Positions 32,500 to 42,955 of a stretch of 64,000 nucleotides of DNA are shown one piece after another. The DNA comes from Candidatus Uhrbacteria bacterium (GTDB lineage: Bacteria; Patescibacteriota; Patescibacteriia; UBA9934), in assembly GCA_943354605.1 (NCBI GenBank), contig CALRCK010000001.1:84936-148935 (forward strand), given 5' to 3'. Position 1 is the stretch's first letter, and every line of letters starts with the position of its first letter. Under the pieces are notes generated by a model that saw nothing but the letters and a program-made list of their open reading frames with translations, did not search any database and had not been told where the DNA came from. Both the position numbers and the translations under genes were made by a program.

Positions 32500-33249
32500 A
32501 TGCTCACCACTCGCGTTGTGATTCTTGCCGCTGGAAAGGGAACCCGAATGAAGAGCGATATTCCAAAGCCGCTGATTCCGGTGGCGGGGGAGCCGATGAT
32601 TACGCGTCTGGTAAGGAGCGTGAAGGAATCGGGAATCGATGAAAAGCCTGTTGTTGTGGTTGGATCCTGGAGCGAGGCGATGTTTCGTGATGTTTTGAAG
32701 GATTCGGTGGATTATGCCGTCCAGCTCGAACAGCTTGGTACTGGTCATGCACTTCGATCGGCGAAGGAAGCGGTTGGCGATGCGGATCGTGTGGTGGTGC
32801 TGTACGGCGATCACCCGTTTATTCGCCCAGAGGTGATGAATCGTCTTGTCGAGATCCAGTCAAAGAATTCGGTGTCCGTGGCTATGTTGACGGCAAAGGT
32901 GCCGAATTTCGACGAGGTCTTTGCAACATTTGCGAAGTGGGGGAGAATTTTGCGCGATGCTGACGGGAATGTGACGGCGATTCGTGAAGCGAAGGATGCG
33001 ACACCGGACGAGCTCGCAGTGACCGAAGTGAACCCGGCGATCTTTGCCTTCCCGGCTGAATGGGCATGGAATCGGCTGGAAAACTTGAAGAATACCAACG
33101 CAAGCGGAGAATATTACCTCACTGATCTCATCGGTGCTGCTATGGAGGAAGGTGTGCCGATTGTGACTGCTGATGCGGATCCGATGGATGTTGTGGGTAT
33201 TAATTCGCCAGAGGAACTTGCTCGCGCGGAGGCGATGGTCCAGGGATAA
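32500..33249 (+). CDS. GlmU N-terminal-like nucleotidyltransferase (no acetyltransferase domain)
   Basis: ILAAGKGTRMKSDIPK, QLEQLGTGHA, LYGDHP, IREAKDA and NASGEYYLTDL. Confidence 0.85.
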   Translation: MLTTRVVILAAGKGTRMKSDIPKPLIPVAGEPMITRLVRSVKESGIDEKPVVVVGSWSEAMFRDVLKDSVDYAVQLEQLGTGHALRSAKEAVGDADRVVVLYGDHPFIRPEVMNRLVEIQSKNSVSVAMLTAKVPNFDEVFATFAKWGRILRDADGNVTAIREAKDATPDELAVTEVNPAIFAFPAEWAWNRLENLKNTNASGEYYLTDLIGAAMEEGVPIVTADADPMDVVGINSPEELARAEAMVQG

Positions 33250-33299
33250 CTGTCAGAGCTTTCGTTGACACCCCGGTGCGCGTTCGGTACGCTTCTGGC

Positions 33300-34052
33300 A
33301 TGGAACGCTACGAATCACTTTTCGCAGCACTCGGATTGGCTCCAAAAGAGACAAAAGTCTATTTGTCTCTCGTGAAAGAGGGTCCGAGCAGTGTTCGGCA
33401 GCTGGCTGTCGCGACGGGAATGAACCGGGGCACTGTCTACGATGTGCTGAAAGAGCTCCAGGCCCATGGCCTGGCGCGTTTTTATAATGCAGAAACTCGG
33501 CAATACTTTGTGGCCGCTTCCCCGAAGCGACTTGAGGAGATGTTATTCGAGAAAGAAGAGAATTTGCGGAAGGCGACGAGTGAGCTTACATCGGTTGTTT
33601 CTCAGCTTGAGACACTTTACGACGGCGGGGATCGCCAGCCGATTGTTCGGATGTACGAGGGCGCAGACGGGGTTCGTCAAATTCTCGAGGATGTTCTCGG
33701 CACCATGGATTCGGTTACTGACCGCGAGTATTACGTGTACTCCGCGAGTGCGGTTCGAAATGCTGGTCTGTATGCCGGATATCCCAATTACACCAAGGAT
33801 CGCATTGAGAAGGGGATTCGTGTAAAGAACATCAGTTTCGGAAAAGCAGGAAAGGAGGCTGGTCTCGACGAGCGCCGACATGTGGAAGGTGCGGCTGGCG
33901 CTCCAACATACGTATTGATTTACGCGGGGAAGGTTGCAAACATTTTTTTGGACGGCCGTGGCGAGTTTATGGGTCTCATCATCGATAATCGCGCGATGTA
34001 CGAAACGCAAAGGGTGCTTTTTTCTGAACTCTGGGAGCGCCTCCCGTCGTAA
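33300..34052 (+). CDS. TrmB-family transcriptional regulator
   Basis: LGL..KETKVYLSL..wHTH..RGTVYDVL and VRMYEGADG. Confidence 0.85.
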   Translation: MERYESLFAALGLAPKETKVYLSLVKEGPSSVRQLAVATGMNRGTVYDVLKELQAHGLARFYNAETRQYFVAASPKRLEEMLFEKEENLRKATSELTSVVSQLETLYDGGDRQPIVRMYEGADGVRQILEDVLGTMDSVTDREYYVYSASAVRNAGLYAGYPNYTKDRIEKGIRVKNISFGKAGKEAGLDERRHVEGAAGAPTYVLIYAGKVANIFLDGRGEFMGLIIDNRAMYETQRVLFSELWERLPS

Positions 34053-34078
34053 GGACGGATTTGGTACCATTCTGGGAT

Positions 34079-34696
34079 ATGGATCTCCTTGTTCTCCTCA
34101 AGCATCAATCAACGAACATACGCGATGCCGCGTTCGCCTTCCGTGACGACATCATGCGCCTCCTTCGCGCATCTCCAGTGTTTGGCGGCATTGTTCTTGC
34201 GACGGGCGTTGTGCTCGGTCTGGTTCCTATTCTGCTTTGGCAATACTTTGGAAATTTCGTTGATGCATCGTTTGCATCTCGCGGCGTTGGCACAATGACG
34301 TCCGAACTTTCGCAGAGCGCGATTGCTGTTGCGGGGCTAAGTGTTCTTCTTATTGCTGCTGGAGCGTACTTTCTTCAGACGAAAGCACTCTCGCGAGCCA
34401 TCGCGTCGACGATTGCCGTTGTCGCCATTTTCGGAACGCATATTGTTACGCTGTTGCCAATTGAAAAGTCGTTCATTATTTTCCTTGCCATCCTTGCGAT
34501 CGGGTTCCATGTTGCGCGGCATCGTGCGGCACTTATTGCGGTGAGCGGTGTGCTTATTCTCCTTTCGATATCTGCGATTTCAGACATTTTATACATGATG
34601 TCGCATCGGAGCATGACCGTGGGGAGCGCGATGGAGTACTGTTTGGTGATTTTGACGCTTAGTACAATAAGCGCATGGATTGCGCATCGGAAGTAG
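34079..34696 (+). CDS. Hypothetical membrane protein
   Basis: About 6 TM segments, in an operonic position. Confidence 0.65.
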   Translation: MDLLVLLKHQSTNIRDAAFAFRDDIMRLLRASPVFGGIVLATGVVLGLVPILLWQYFGNFVDASFASRGVGTMTSELSQSAIAVAGLSVLLIAAGAYFLQTKALSRAIASTIAVVAIFGTHIVTLLPIEKSFIIFLAILAIGFHVARHRAALIAVSGVLILLSISAISDILYMMSHRSMTVGSAMEYCLVILTLSTISAWIAHRK

Positions 34697-34697
34697 T

Positions 34698-35960
34698 ATG
34701 CGCATCATCACCGACTGGCACCTGCATTCTCGGTTTAGCCGCGCATGTTCACAGGAATTGACGCTCGAGAACAATGCGCTGTGGTGTGAGAAGAAGGGGG
34801 TGAATGTGCTTGGGACGGCAGATTTTACGCATCCCGTGTGGTTTGCGGAGATAGCGGAGAAGCTTGTTGAAGCTGAACCTGGACTGTACGCGCTTCGGTC
34901 TGGAGCCTTTCCATCGATGCGGTACATGATGACGACGGAAGTTGCGCAGATTTATAAACGCGGAGGCAAGACCCGACGCATTCATAACATCATTCTTGTG
35001 CCATCGATCGAGGTTGTCGCGAGGATTAATCAGTGGCTTGACGACGGTGGGTACAATCGAAAATCCGACGGCCGACCAATCCTCGGTCTCGACTCCGAAG
35101 AATTGTATAAGCGCCTTCGCGGAATCGATGAACGTATCGTGATGATTCCGGCACACGCATGGACGCCGTGGTTTTCCGTTTTTGGGTCAAAGTCCGGCTT
35201 TGACTCGCTTGAGGAATGCTTCGGCGAAATGACGCCGTATATTTACGCCATCGAAACCGGCCTTTCGAGCGATCCGCTGATGAACCGATCGCTCTCGAAG
35301 CTCGACAATGTGATGCTTATCTCAAATTCCGACGCGCATTCGCCCCGAAACTTTGGTCGCGAGGCAAATGTGTTTGAGATCAATCCCGCGAAGTACTCGT
35401 ACGACGAGTTCATTCGGATTCTTCGCGAGCGGGACACGAAGGCGTTTCAATACACCATCGAGTTCCTCCCAGAGGAGGGAAAGTATCATATCGACGGTTG
35501 TGCCGCCTGCGGATTCTCGTGCGAGCCGATCCAGACGAAGGCGATTGGAGGCGTTTGCCCAACGTGCAAGCGACCGCTCACCGTCGGTGTCGTATCACGA
35601 GTTCACGATCTCGCAGATCGGAAGATTAATACGATGCCAGCGAACCATGTTCCATTCAAATCGATCGTGCCGCTTCAGGAGATCATTGCCGAATGCGTCG
35701 GCGTGTCATCGACAGCAGGGAAGAAGGTTCAAGAAATGTACGAGAAGATGATTCGTGAGATTGGAAATGAGTTCCATATTCTCCTTGATGCCGATGCGTC
35801 ATCCATTGAACATGTTGCGGGAAAGCTGATTGCCGATGCAGCGCTTCGTGTTCGATCTGGTAAGGTCTCGATCACGCCGGGATATGATGGCATTTACGGT
35901 GAGGTGAAAATTTTTGGTGAAAACGATCGCGCAATACCCAAGCAATCCACATTGATTTGA
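34698..35960 (+). CDS. PHP-domain nuclease (endonuclease Q / TIGR00375-like)
   Basis: DWHLHSRFSRACS, GTADFTHP, PAHAWTPW, ETGLSSD, SNSDAHS, a CxxC..CxxC pair and PGYDG.YG. Confidence 0.85.
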   Translation: MRIITDWHLHSRFSRACSQELTLENNALWCEKKGVNVLGTADFTHPVWFAEIAEKLVEAEPGLYALRSGAFPSMRYMMTTEVAQIYKRGGKTRRIHNIILVPSIEVVARINQWLDDGGYNRKSDGRPILGLDSEELYKRLRGIDERIVMIPAHAWTPWFSVFGSKSGFDSLEECFGEMTPYIYAIETGLSSDPLMNRSLSKLDNVMLISNSDAHSPRNFGREANVFEINPAKYSYDEFIRILRERDTKAFQYTIEFLPEEGKYHIDGCAACGFSCEPIQTKAIGGVCPTCKRPLTVGVVSRVHDLADRKINTMPANHVPFKSIVPLQEIIAECVGVSSTAGKKVQEMYEKMIREIGNEFHILLDADASSIEHVAGKLIADAALRVRSGKVSITPGYDGIYGEVKIFGENDRAIPKQSTLI

Positions 35961-36047
35961 CGGCGATAAAAATGATAGGATGAACATGAAATAAATCCGT
36001 ACCGTTCTCTGACCCACGGGGGAGGCGATACACAACGTTTTTCTTTT

Positions 36048-36371
36048 ATGAAAAATGAGAACGATGTGCTGACAGTGGGCGTGTTTAGGGAAGTATTGAA
36101 AGAGTTTGGTCTGAATATCGATCAAAAGTTCGAGGGACTGCGTGATGAGATGCGTCAGGAATTTAAGAGCGTTCGAGGTGAGATGTACCAGGGATTCGTG
36201 AATCTAAAAGATGAAATGACGCGGGAGTTCAAGAGCGTTCGAACCGAAATGGCTCAGGGATTCGAAAAAGTTCGGATCGAAATCCGAGATGATGTTATCG
36301 ACCAAAATATCCAACCTCAACTCACTAGCGCAGTGAGTCGTATTACCCGTCTTGAACGGAAAATGGCGTAG
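36048..36371 (+). CDS. Coiled-coil protein with 11-aa repeats
   Basis: EM.QEFKSVR-type repeats. Confidence 0.65.
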   Translation: MKNENDVLTVGVFREVLKEFGLNIDQKFEGLRDEMRQEFKSVRGEMYQGFVNLKDEMTREFKSVRTEMAQGFEKVRIEIRDDVIDQNIQPQLTSAVSRITRLERKMA

Positions 36372-36498
36372 GCAAAAGCAAGGAAAATAGCGAATATTAG
36401 CAAAGAATGGTTGACAAAACAGCCATTTTTGCTATTATATACACGCTATCAACCCGGCAACCGCCAGTACGACGGCAACTCTCTGTTCCGGAAATCTC

Positions 36499-37035
36499 AT
36501 GGACGCGTTCCTTTCCCGTATCTCTGTCCTCATCGCCGACACCAGCCCCAAGGCCGTCGCCACCCGCGAGTACATCCTCGCGATCCTCGACGGCAAGGTA
36601 GTTATCCCCGACGGTATTGCGATGCTCATGGAGGAACTCGCGTGCGACGGCCACGTCAATCCCGAGATCGACGACATCCACTTTCCTGGAGCCGATGCGT
36701 TCGTCTCCACCGAAGGCGTCGTTCCCGTCGAGATCCCCATGGACCCGTGGACCGATTTGGATGCACCCGTGTACCTTGCCGCCATGACGCCCCCGATGCG
36801 GTCGGTCATGCCGGACAAGGGCTTGAAGTGGGCAGCGGAGAACAAGGATGTTCAGAGAAAAACCCCGCTCGTTATTCTCGGCCAGTTGTGCCGTGCTTCC
36901 AACGGGAACGTCTGTGCTCTTGTGTTGGACGGGAACAACCGCAGGCGGAGCGCATTCCTTTTCAACGTACAGGTCGGGTTCAGTCGGCACTTCCTCGTCC
37001 TCGCCGAGCCAAAGAAGAAGACGCTCGGAACCTAG
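36499..37035 (+). CDS. GC-rich CLec-fold, DGR-target-like protein
   Basis: C-terminus QRKTPLVILG..GNVCALVLDGNNRRRSAFLFNV..FSRHFLVLA resembles CPR variable-protein termini. Promoter TTGACA..TGCTAT at 36411. Confidence 0.6.
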   Translation: MDAFLSRISVLIADTSPKAVATREYILAILDGKVVIPDGIAMLMEELACDGHVNPEIDDIHFPGADAFVSTEGVVPVEIPMDPWTDLDAPVYLAAMTPPMRSVMPDKGLKWAAENKDVQRKTPLVILGQLCRASNGNVCALVLDGNNRRRSAFLFNVQVGFSRHFLVLAEPKKKTLGT

Positions 37036-37193
37036 GTCTGGTACTCGTCACACGCGCGATCGCGCCTGTCTCTCCGGAGATGGGCGCGATGTTCGTTAAA
37101 GAATATTTTGGAAAACAAAAACATTCCCGCATCGGTCGCTGATGAAACTCCTCCAGGATTTTCACCAACACCGTACGGGAATGTTTTTTGAAA

Positions 37194-37307
37194 CTAGGCG
37201 CGAGCCTTCTTTGCAGCCTTGCGCTTTGCAGGTGCGCGCTTCTTTGCAGCCTTGCGCTTTGCTGGGGCCTTCTTCGCAACCTTTCGTGCCTTCTTCTTCA
37301 TTGCCAT
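37194..37307 (-). CDS. Histone H1-like basic peptide (37 aa), absent from the ORF track
   Basis: Manual translation: MAMKKKARKVAKKAPAKRKAAKKRAPAKRKAAKKARA*. Confidence 0.8.
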   Translation of the reverse strand: MAMKKKARKVAKKAPAKRKAAKKRAPAKRKAAKKARA

Positions 37308-37461
37308 AAAAGTATGACATTAGTTATTGGCGCACGAAATAAATATCGTGGCCAGTGTCATCACGAAGAAATCTTCATGACGCTACCTGAAGTATAGCAG
37401 TGAAAATGCACAGAAAAAAGATTTTTGTGAAAAAGTGTGCAAGTTATACACAGTTGAATTG

Positions 37462-38841
37462 TTAATCAACGACATTCACCGGCGTGCCAACATCGGTCCA
37501 GTTGTAAATCCATTCTGAATTTGTTGCGTTCATGTTGATGCATCCATGACTCATCGGATGACCAAAATTGTTGTGCCAATACGCCCAGTGAATATAAATG
37601 TGATCGTAGATTTGTAAATTCCATTTCACGTGTGGAACATTGTAGTTGTTTGGATTGCCAATGCCCCAAATCCATTTGTAATCGTGATAGAGAAGCTTTA
37701 CGCGCACTGAAGTTTTTCCAACTGGAGTGTAAAAACCTTTCTTCGCTGTTGAAACAAGAAACGTGTGAACAGGAATTCCGTATTCGTAACTCGTTAATCG
37801 TTGCTGTGATTTATCGACGTGAATCGACTTTGCCGATACGTCATCATTCATGTGCGGAGCAGTGTTTGCGACAACAATACCAGTAGTTTTCGCATCATCG
37901 ACGATTGGTGATGCGACGAGTGCATCAGTACTGTCGGATGCGTATGGCGCGATCGATTGTGTCTCTGTTCCAGATGCATTCATGAAAACGATCTTCGGCG
38001 ATTGATATCCTTCGGTAACGTATCCTACGTCTCCATCGACAACGATCGGCGATGCAAGAATATGTGTTTGCGTTGCATCAACATCTGACGACGCGACGTC
38101 GAGCGCTGAGGTTGCGTTGTTGAACTTGAGAACGGTGATGGTGGAGACGTTTTGGTATGTCATTGGTGACGCGACGATCTCATCGACGCCATCACTGTCC
38201 ACGTCGCCCACAACAACACGTATCCCCGTGTTACTCAACGCGCTTCCAAGAAATGTTTCCGCGATTTTTTCTCCGCGTGCATTAAAGACGATGATGTCTG
38301 GGCCACCGCCAGCATTGGCGCCAACAACGATGTCGCCGATGCCGTCACCAGTAACATCGCCGCATGCAACATTTACTCCACCAAGGAAGGATTCATTGAA
38401 TGCAAAAAATCCTGGATTTTTCACGTTGCCCATCGCGTCAAAAATTCGAACATGCGGTCCGCCATACCATGCCGCCGCTGTGATGATTTCTGTTCGCCTG
38501 TCTCCATCAACGTCACACGCGGCAACATTCACGCCGCCACGATAACCGTTGTCGTATGCAGGGAACGATCCGATGAATGATCCATCTTGCCGAAACACGG
38601 AAACCGTTGGATCAGCATCTTCTCCTGATCCGACGAGAATTTCGCTTGTTCCATCTGTTCCAAGATCGGCGCTTGCGACGCTTTGAATCAGTGCATTTGG
38701 GTCTGCGTATGGGGTAAAGATTGTGACGATATTCCCATCGGCATCAAGAATGCGAACGTCAGGCTGTGAGGCTGCCATACACAACATCGGAGCGAAGAGC
38801 GCAATCGCTGACGATAAAAGGATGGACTTGATCCTGAGCAT
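37462..38841 (-). CDS. L,D-transpeptidase with FG-GAP-like repeats
   Basis: GGVNVA.GDV.GDG repeats and the catalytic motif YIHWAYWHNNFG.PMSHGCINM. Confidence 0.9.
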   Translation of the reverse strand: MLRIKSILLSSAIALFAPMLCMAASQPDVRILDADGNIVTIFTPYADPNALIQSVASADLGTDGTSEILVGSGEDADPTVSVFRQDGSFIGSFPAYDNGYRGGVNVAACDVDGDRRTEIITAAAWYGGPHVRIFDAMGNVKNPGFFAFNESFLGGVNVACGDVTGDGIGDIVVGANAGGGPDIIVFNARGEKIAETFLGSALSNTGIRVVVGDVDSDGVDEIVASPMTYQNVSTITVLKFNNATSALDVASSDVDATQTHILASPIVVDGDVGYVTEGYQSPKIVFMNASGTETQSIAPYASDSTDALVASPIVDDAKTTGIVVANTAPHMNDDVSAKSIHVDKSQQRLTSYEYGIPVHTFLVSTAKKGFYTPVGKTSVRVKLLYHDYKWIWGIGNPNNYNVPHVKWNLQIYDHIYIHWAYWHNNFGHPMSHGCINMNATNSEWIYNWTDVGTPVNVVD

Positions 38842-38878
38842 AGATACACGTAGTATACTGCCTTCCGCTCATCGTTTT

Positions 38879-39697
38879 ATGAAACTTTCTCGTCGCTTTC
38901 CATTTTTGCACGTTGTGAGTATTTGGCGTTTTCGGATACTCCGCTGGTTTCAGTGGATATTTCTTCGGCGCTTGGCTACGGTGCGCCGCGCACAAGTATT
39001 GCCATTCAAGGTTGCATCGCACGAATCGATCCTTCTTCGAAAGCTCGGCGATGCCGACATGCGCTTGCAGCATAATAAAGTAACGAATCTGAAACTTGCA
39101 TGTTCGCGGATGGACGGCGTGATCATTCGTCCTGGAGAGACATTCTCATTTTGGAGACTCGTGGGCTGGCCGACGGCGCGAAAGGGGTATGTGACCGGAA
39201 TGTTGCTATCAAATGGAAGGGTTCAAGAGGGGATTGGCGGTGGATTGTGTCAGTCGGCAAACTTATTGTATTGGATGGCGTTGCATTCTCCGCTTGTTGT
39301 GCGGGAGCGTCATCGCCACAGCTACGATATCTTCCCGGACTCCGGTCGTGTGCTGCCATTCGGAACGGGTGCTGCTGTGTATTACAACTATGTGGATCTT
39401 CAGTTTTATAATCCAACGGACATTACGTTTCAGATCGTTATCGGCGTGAACGAGACGCATCTCCGTGGTGAGATTCGATCTGATGTGATGACCCCGATCT
39501 CGTACAAGATTCTGGAACGCGACCATCGGTTCCTTCGTTCGAAGAAGATAGGAAAAGTGTTTCGTGAAAACGCTATTTTCCGCCAGTCCTTCGATAAGCG
39601 GACGGGAAACATGCTTTCCGATGAACTGTTGTATCGGAACCACTGTGAAACGCTCTACGACTTGCCGCGATCGGTTCCAGCAGAGGTCATCGATTGA
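38879..39697 (+). CDS. VanW-family protein
   Basis: IIRPGETFSFW, GIGGGLCQ, ERHRHS and YNYVDLQF.N. Confidence 0.9.
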   Translation: MKLSRRFPFLHVVSIWRFRILRWFQWIFLRRLATVRRAQVLPFKVASHESILLRKLGDADMRLQHNKVTNLKLACSRMDGVIIRPGETFSFWRLVGWPTARKGYVTGMLLSNGRVQEGIGGGLCQSANLLYWMALHSPLVVRERHRHSYDIFPDSGRVLPFGTGAAVYYNYVDLQFYNPTDITFQIVIGVNETHLRGEIRSDVMTPISYKILERDHRFLRSKKIGKVFRENAIFRQSFDKRTGNMLSDELLYRNHCETLYDLPRSVPAEVID

Positions 39698-39749
39698 CCT
39701 CTTTTGGAGACTTTGGTATTATTTTGGTCGTTCAGGATGGTCTGTTTCA

Positions 39750-39825
39750 GGGCCAATAGCTCAGTTGGTAGAGCATCTGCTTTGCAAGCAGAGGGTCCAG
39801 GGTTCGAGTCCCTGTTGGTCCACCA
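39750..39825 (+). tRNA. tRNA-Ala(TGC)
   Basis: GGGCCAATAGCTCAGTTGGTAGAGC, anticodon arm TCTGC-TTTGCAA-GCAGA and CCA. Confidence 0.95.
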
Positions 39826-39861
39826 TAAAACACCGTCGATTCCGACGGTGTTTTATATTCC

Positions 39862-40848
39862 TTACTTCACCGCATTCTCCGGCGTTTCTCCGGCCAAGAA
39901 TTCTTCAATATTTTTGACCACCTGTTTGCTCATAGCCATTCGAGTGGTGAGGGTGGCGCTTGCGGTATGTGGGGTGAGGACGACGTTTTGGAGCTTGCGG
40001 AGGCGGTCCGCAATTGCCGGATCGGCGGCGATATTCGGCTCGCCTTCGAACACGTCCAGCCCGGCGCCGCCGAGTTTTCCGTGTTCGAGTGCGTCGACGA
40101 GTGCGGTTTCATCGACAATCGGGCCTCGGGCGGTGTTGATGAGGAACGCGGTCGGTTTCATCATCGCGAGTGCTGCACGATCGATGAGATGTGTGGTTGA
40201 TGGCAAAAGGGGGACGTGGAGGCTGACGATGTCGGCTTCTTGAAGCAACGATTCCTTCGATCGGAACTCGGCACCAAAGTCACTCTCGAACTTCGGATTC
40301 GGTTTCAGGTCGTTATACAGAATTCGTAAGCCGAATCCATCCTTCATCCGTTTCGCAATGCCGGATCCAATCGCACCGCCACCGATAATTCCGAGCGTTT
40401 TGCCGGCGATGTCGGTGCCAAGAAGAAGCTCTGGGCCCCAGCCGTGATATTTTCCTTCGCGAGTGTAGCGATCCGTTTCTACAATACGATGAGCGAGCGC
40501 AAAAATGAGCGCGATGGCGTGTTCGGCAACAGATTCGTTAATTTCCGGCGTTGGAGCATTCGTGACGATAATTCCGCGTTTCTTTGCCTCGGCAACGTCC
40601 ACATTATCGAATCCAACAGCGTAGTTCGCGACCATTTTTAGTTGTGGGCCAGCGGCATCGAAGAGCTCGGTGTCGATCTTGTCGGTAAGAATCGAAACGA
40701 GAATATCGACTCCTGCAACGCGCTTGAGGAGCTCGTCTCGCGGGATAATTCGATCTTCAGTATACGAATCGACCTCAACGTTCGGCATTGATCGGAGTAG
40801 TTCGATGCCGGGCGAGGGGATATGGCGGGTAACAAAAATTCGAGTCAT
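39862..40848 (-). CDS. D-2-hydroxyacid dehydrogenase (glyoxylate reductase-like)
   Basis: AVGFDNVD, GIIGGGAIG, LINTARG, GLDVFEGEP and TPHTASAT. Confidence 0.92.
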   Translation of the reverse strand: MTRIFVTRHIPSPGIELLRSMPNVEVDSYTEDRIIPRDELLKRVAGVDILVSILTDKIDTELFDAAGPQLKMVANYAVGFDNVDVAEAKKRGIIVTNAPTPEINESVAEHAIALIFALAHRIVETDRYTREGKYHGWGPELLLGTDIAGKTLGIIGGGAIGSGIAKRMKDGFGLRILYNDLKPNPKFESDFGAEFRSKESLLQEADIVSLHVPLLPSTTHLIDRAALAMMKPTAFLINTARGPIVDETALVDALEHGKLGGAGLDVFEGEPNIAADPAIADRLRKLQNVVLTPHTASATLTTRMAMSKQVVKNIEEFLAGETPENAVK

Positions 40849-40945
40849 AAGCATTCGGAAGGCTAACTTAGTTTGTTACGAACTAAGTTCGTACACTAGA
40901 TCTGAATTGTCGCGTCGGTCGATGCTCCTCGCAACGACAGATTCA

Positions 40946-41743
40946 TTACTTGATCGACGACCAATCCAGAGATGAAAGGAGAGTATTCCATTCACTGTCG
41001 GTAACGTTGCTTTGCCGTAAAAGTTCAACAACGTTGGTTTGCGTGTGGTATTGGAGGAGTGTGAATGGCCCCGAGAACTCATCGATTCCGCCAGGGTCGA
41101 AAGAGCCTGTAACGGTGACTAATGTTCCTGCGCCTTTTGTAACACTTGTTACCGTAACATTGCTGAGTTGGAGATTTTTCGCGAGATTTGCTTTGATCGT
41201 TGTTTCATCCGTCGATCCCAACGGATATCGCGGCGCAACGGTCGTCTCAACAATGCCAAGGTTCGCAATGACGTCTCCAGCCATTGAGAATTGAGAGGGG
41301 AAGCCTACACCACCGCACTCGTTGCAGTTCATATAGATCCCTGTTGTTCCTGCGAAAGTTGCCCGTGGTCGAACTGGATCTTTTGCATTGTTTTCGAAGC
41401 CGCTCCCGGTCCAGTTGATCGGTAATGTCAGCGAAGGGAGATAGTCGCCACCAGAGTAAGAGAGCCCTTTGCTCGTTTCCGTTGTTGCTGCCACAGGGGT
41501 CGTCGCAGGCTCTGCACTACACGCTTCCGAAATTCGGGTCAGGTTTGTGGTGATGCCGTTGATCGTGCCGTTTTGGCAGGCGGCGGAAAGGTCGGTAGCA
41601 GAAAGGGTGTTGTCCGATCCTTTTGTGAGCAAAATTCCTACAATTACGATTGAAAACACCGCAATCCACGTGAGTAAAATGAGCATCCAGGTGTGGACTT
41701 TGCTGGTTGGTGTGTGATTTATGTCTGGACTCATTGGTTCCAT
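40946..41743 (-). CDS. Hypothetical membrane-anchored protein
   Basis: Single N-terminal TM followed by a T/S-rich ectodomain. Confidence 0.7.
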   Translation of the reverse strand: MEPMSPDINHTPTSKVHTWMLILLTWIAVFSIVIVGILLTKGSDNTLSATDLSAACQNGTINGITTNLTRISEACSAEPATTPVAATTETSKGLSYSGGDYLPSLTLPINWTGSGFENNAKDPVRPRATFAGTTGIYMNCNECGGVGFPSQFSMAGDVIANLGIVETTVAPRYPLGSTDETTIKANLAKNLQLSNVTVTSVTKGAGTLVTVTGSFDPGGIDEFSGPFTLLQYHTQTNVVELLRQSNVTDSEWNTLLSSLDWSSIK

Positions 41744-41755
41744 ACAATACAGAGA

Positions 41756-42733
41756 TTACACTTTGCGAATACGATACGCCGCGAGGTCGGATTCCTTCGG
41801 CCATGCGCGAAGTATACCAGCCTTGGCGCCAATATGTTGCACGACACTTTCACCATTCATCGTGCCCAGGCGCAGCGCGTCTTCGATGCTGAGGTTGTTC
41901 GCGATGGCCGCCGTGAATGCTGAACCGAATGCATCGCCAGCACCAGTACTGGAGATTGATGTCGCGCCACTCGTTCGGCAATGCCAGGTGGATTTGTCCT
42001 TTCGTGCCCATGCGCCGTTTTGGCCATCGGTAATGACGACGATTTGTCCGGGCAACGCAAGAAGTTCGCATTGAACCTTTGGATCGTTCGACGATTTGCC
42101 CGTAAGAAGTTGTGCCTCCTCCAAATTCACAATAAGAATCGCGACGAGTTTGCGGATGGGATCGAGTCCGCGGCCGCTTTTCAACTCCTGTCCGCCCGGG
42201 TTCCACGCGAGTATCGACTTTTTTCGCTCGCAGGTTTTGGCAATACTGAGCGCAAGCGCGACGTTGCCGGCCAGCGATGTGAGGTACACCACATCTGCGG
42301 TGATTTTGGAAAGTTTAATATCCTTTTCCGTAAAGTTTGCACTCGCGCCACGAAAAACCAGCGCGGTTCGCTCACCACCTTCTGCGGTAAGAAGCGTGCT
42401 GTACGCGGTCATTTCCTTTTTTGCGATGGAGACGAGAGTGGTGTTGATGGTGCGGCTGGCGAGATCGGCCAGAATTTCCCGTCCGTTTGTGTCGTCGCCA
42501 ATACGCGACATGAGGCTCGTGGCAAACCCAAGATTCGCAAACGTTGCCGCGGCATTTGTTGCGCCTCCTCCGGTTGCAATCGTCAGACCATCGACATCGA
42601 TTTTCGCTCCCAGCGTGATGCACTCCGCCATCACCCCCGGGCTTCCCGGCATTGGCATCACCTTGAACAGTTTTGAAAACAAAAACACATCGCGTGTTGC
42701 AGAGCCAATGGTGAGGACGGTGGGGAGGGGCAT
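41756..42733 (-). CDS. PfkB-family carbohydrate kinase
   Basis: GGGATNAA, NPG and STGAGDAFGS. Confidence 0.9.
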   Translation of the reverse strand: MPLPTVLTIGSATRDVFLFSKLFKVMPMPGSPGVMAECITLGAKIDVDGLTIATGGGATNAAATFANLGFATSLMSRIGDDTNGREILADLASRTINTTLVSIAKKEMTAYSTLLTAEGGERTALVFRGASANFTEKDIKLSKITADVVYLTSLAGNVALALSIAKTCERKKSILAWNPGGQELKSGRGLDPIRKLVAILIVNLEEAQLLTGKSSNDPKVQCELLALPGQIVVITDGQNGAWARKDKSTWHCRTSGATSISSTGAGDAFGSAFTAAIANNLSIEDALRLGTMNGESVVQHIGAKAGILRAWPKESDLAAYRIRKV

Positions 42734-42955
42734 AGATGCGTAAAGTATATCAGCTCCAGAAAATGAAAGAACTTTGCGAATATTAGCCAAGAAGTATTGA
42801 CTTCTTTAGTGTTTTTTGCTTATACTTATTGTGCATGGAGTACCGGAATTCTCCGGAACTTCAGGGCAAACGGCACGGCGTTCCGTGCATTCTGACGTTC
42901 GATGGACCAAAATACGGGTTCGCTCGTATCAGGATATCGACTGTCGGAGGTTCCT

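Noticed and set aside
37444-37452. DnaA box TTATACACA (weaker matches near 22208 and 53871) as oriC
   Set aside because: The boxes are isolated, with no cluster, no unwinding element and no dnaA/dnaN nearby.
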